A DNA stretch of 26,995 nt from contig JBDIWC010000050.1 in assembly GCA_039794085.1 (NCBI GenBank), forward strand, positions 1 to 26,995, in the 5' to 3' direction. The stretch is from Gemmatimonadales bacterium. GTDB taxonomy: Bacteria > Gemmatimonadota > Gemmatimonadetes > Gemmatimonadales > GWC2-71-9. Each line of letters opens with the position of its first letter. Position 1 is the first letter of the stretch. This document shows, one piece after another, positions 26,049 to 26,995 of this stretch. A program made the position numbers and the translations under genes. A model generated the notes under the pieces. The model searched no databases. It was not told where the DNA came from and saw only the letters and a list, made by a program, of their open reading frames with translations.

Positions 26049-26594
26049 CTACGGTGCCCGGAACAGCTCCTCCAGCGAGACCACCATCGGCTCGGCGGCA
26101 CCCGCCGGATGCCACCGGATCTCCTCCCGTTCGGTGGCGGGAAACAGCGACTCCGGAGTCCAGGCCTCGACCGTCCTCGCATCGGCGTCCACCAGCCAGT
26201 AGAGCGGAACACCCACCTCCTGGTACAGTCGGCGCTTGGGGAAGCGGTCCTGCCGCGCATTCGAGGGACTCAGCACTTCGACCACCAGCAGCAGTGTCTT
26301 GACCTGCTCCCAGGACATCGTCCGGGCTTCCTCGAGGTCAGCCACGAGAAGATCCGGGATCACCAGCGTGTCCTCGAACCAGGAGATGTCACCGCCGGGG
26401 AACCCCACACCGACCGGGTTGGCTTCCAGGTAACCGCCGATTCGCAGCACCAGGCGACCGACCACAAGCTGATGCAGGAGCCGGGGCCCCGGGCTCACCA
26501 GCAACTCCCCGTGAACCACCTCGTACTTGTTGCCGTCCTCCGGCATGGCCAGTATATCGGCCCCGGTGTAATAGTGCCGTGCAGGCATGCCCAT
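26049..26594 (-). CDS. Uma2-family (PD-(D/E)xK) endonuclease-like protein
   Basis: YEVVHGEL...HQ, PDLLV, VVEVLSPS and KRRLY...GVPLYWLVD motifs. Start at MGMPA (26594) or MPA (26588). Confidence 0.9.
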   Translation of the reverse strand: MGMPARHYYTGADILAMPEDGNKYEVVHGELLVSPGPRLLHQLVVGRLVLRIGGYLEANPVGVGFPGGDISWFEDTLVIPDLLVADLEEARTMSWEQVKTLLLVVEVLSPSNARQDRFPKRRLYQEVGVPLYWLVDADARTVEAWTPESLFPATEREEIRWHPAGAAEPMVVSLEELFRAP

Positions 26595-26857
26595 AGTATC
26601 GGCTCGGCGGAAGGGGGTTGGCAAGGCATCGCCCCAAGGATGGCGGCGGAGCCATCCGGTCAGGTAACCCGAATTCCACGACGAGGAGACAAAAGAATGC
26701 GGGTCGATCCCGGGGATACGACGTCTCGCGTGTAAAGGGTCCGCTTCCCCCGTTATTGATGGTCGTCGAGGTGCCTCACCCTCTTATCGTGTGGGGGCGC
26801 CGGGGCGGTCAACACAGCACAGTAAGACTTCGACGGAGGGTGGGGGAACAGAGATGG

Positions 26858-26927
26858 AACGCAAAATTGCCAGGTCGCCAGGGCGCAGGGAGTTCCGTGC
26901 GTCTCCGCGCCCTTGCGCCCTCGCGTT
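26858..26927. repeat. Degenerate inverted pair of octamer arrays
   Basis: aacgcaaa attgccag gtcgccag ggcgcagg ... ctccgcgc ccttgcgc cctcgcgt t, with the same 8-nt periodicity as 4610/4755 and 12294. Confidence 0.55.
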
Positions 26928-26995
26928 GATCCGTTGGGAAACGGGATGGGAAGAACCACGATGGAATCGCCACCCCCCGGAGAGGGGGGAACAGA

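Noticed and set aside
26690..26850. Possible ncRNA, riboswitch or IS end upstream of Uma2
   Set aside because: The composition is somewhat unusual, but I could not match a known family or a convincing structure. An Rfam or ISfinder search is needed.

Overview
High-GC bacterial window. The gene content and style suggest Gemmatimonadota, which is an inference. The window is dominated by a split aerobic phenylacetyl-CoA (paa) catabolic cluster. The left half has paaJ-paaY-paaZ on the minus strand, divergent from paaG-paaH-paaI, a fused 2-oxoacid dehydrogenase E1 alpha/beta and an E2. The right half has paaA-paaB-[small lipoprotein]-paaC-paaD on the minus strand, divergent from a crotonase. No paaK, paaE or paa regulator is in the window. 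A six-gene reductive pyrimidine degradation operon lies between the halves: mmsA, an Fe-S-less PreA/PYD1-type dehydrogenase with no preT, an AGXT2/PYD4-type aminotransferase, dihydropyrimidinase, an NCS1 transporter and a nitrilase-family beta-ureidopropionase. At the left edge, an ISL3-family element that the ORF track missed appears to truncate a secreted beta-propeller gene, and a DUF6265-like gene follows. The right flank has a BNR/YCF48-like propeller protein and a Uma2-family endonuclease. Most of the larger intergenic spaces are mosaics of short repeat families: CGTC/GTCA-tagged palindromes, GTAG-type REPs, octamer arrays and heptamer arrays, some in nested inverted pairs. No rRNA, tRNA or CRISPR array was recognised.
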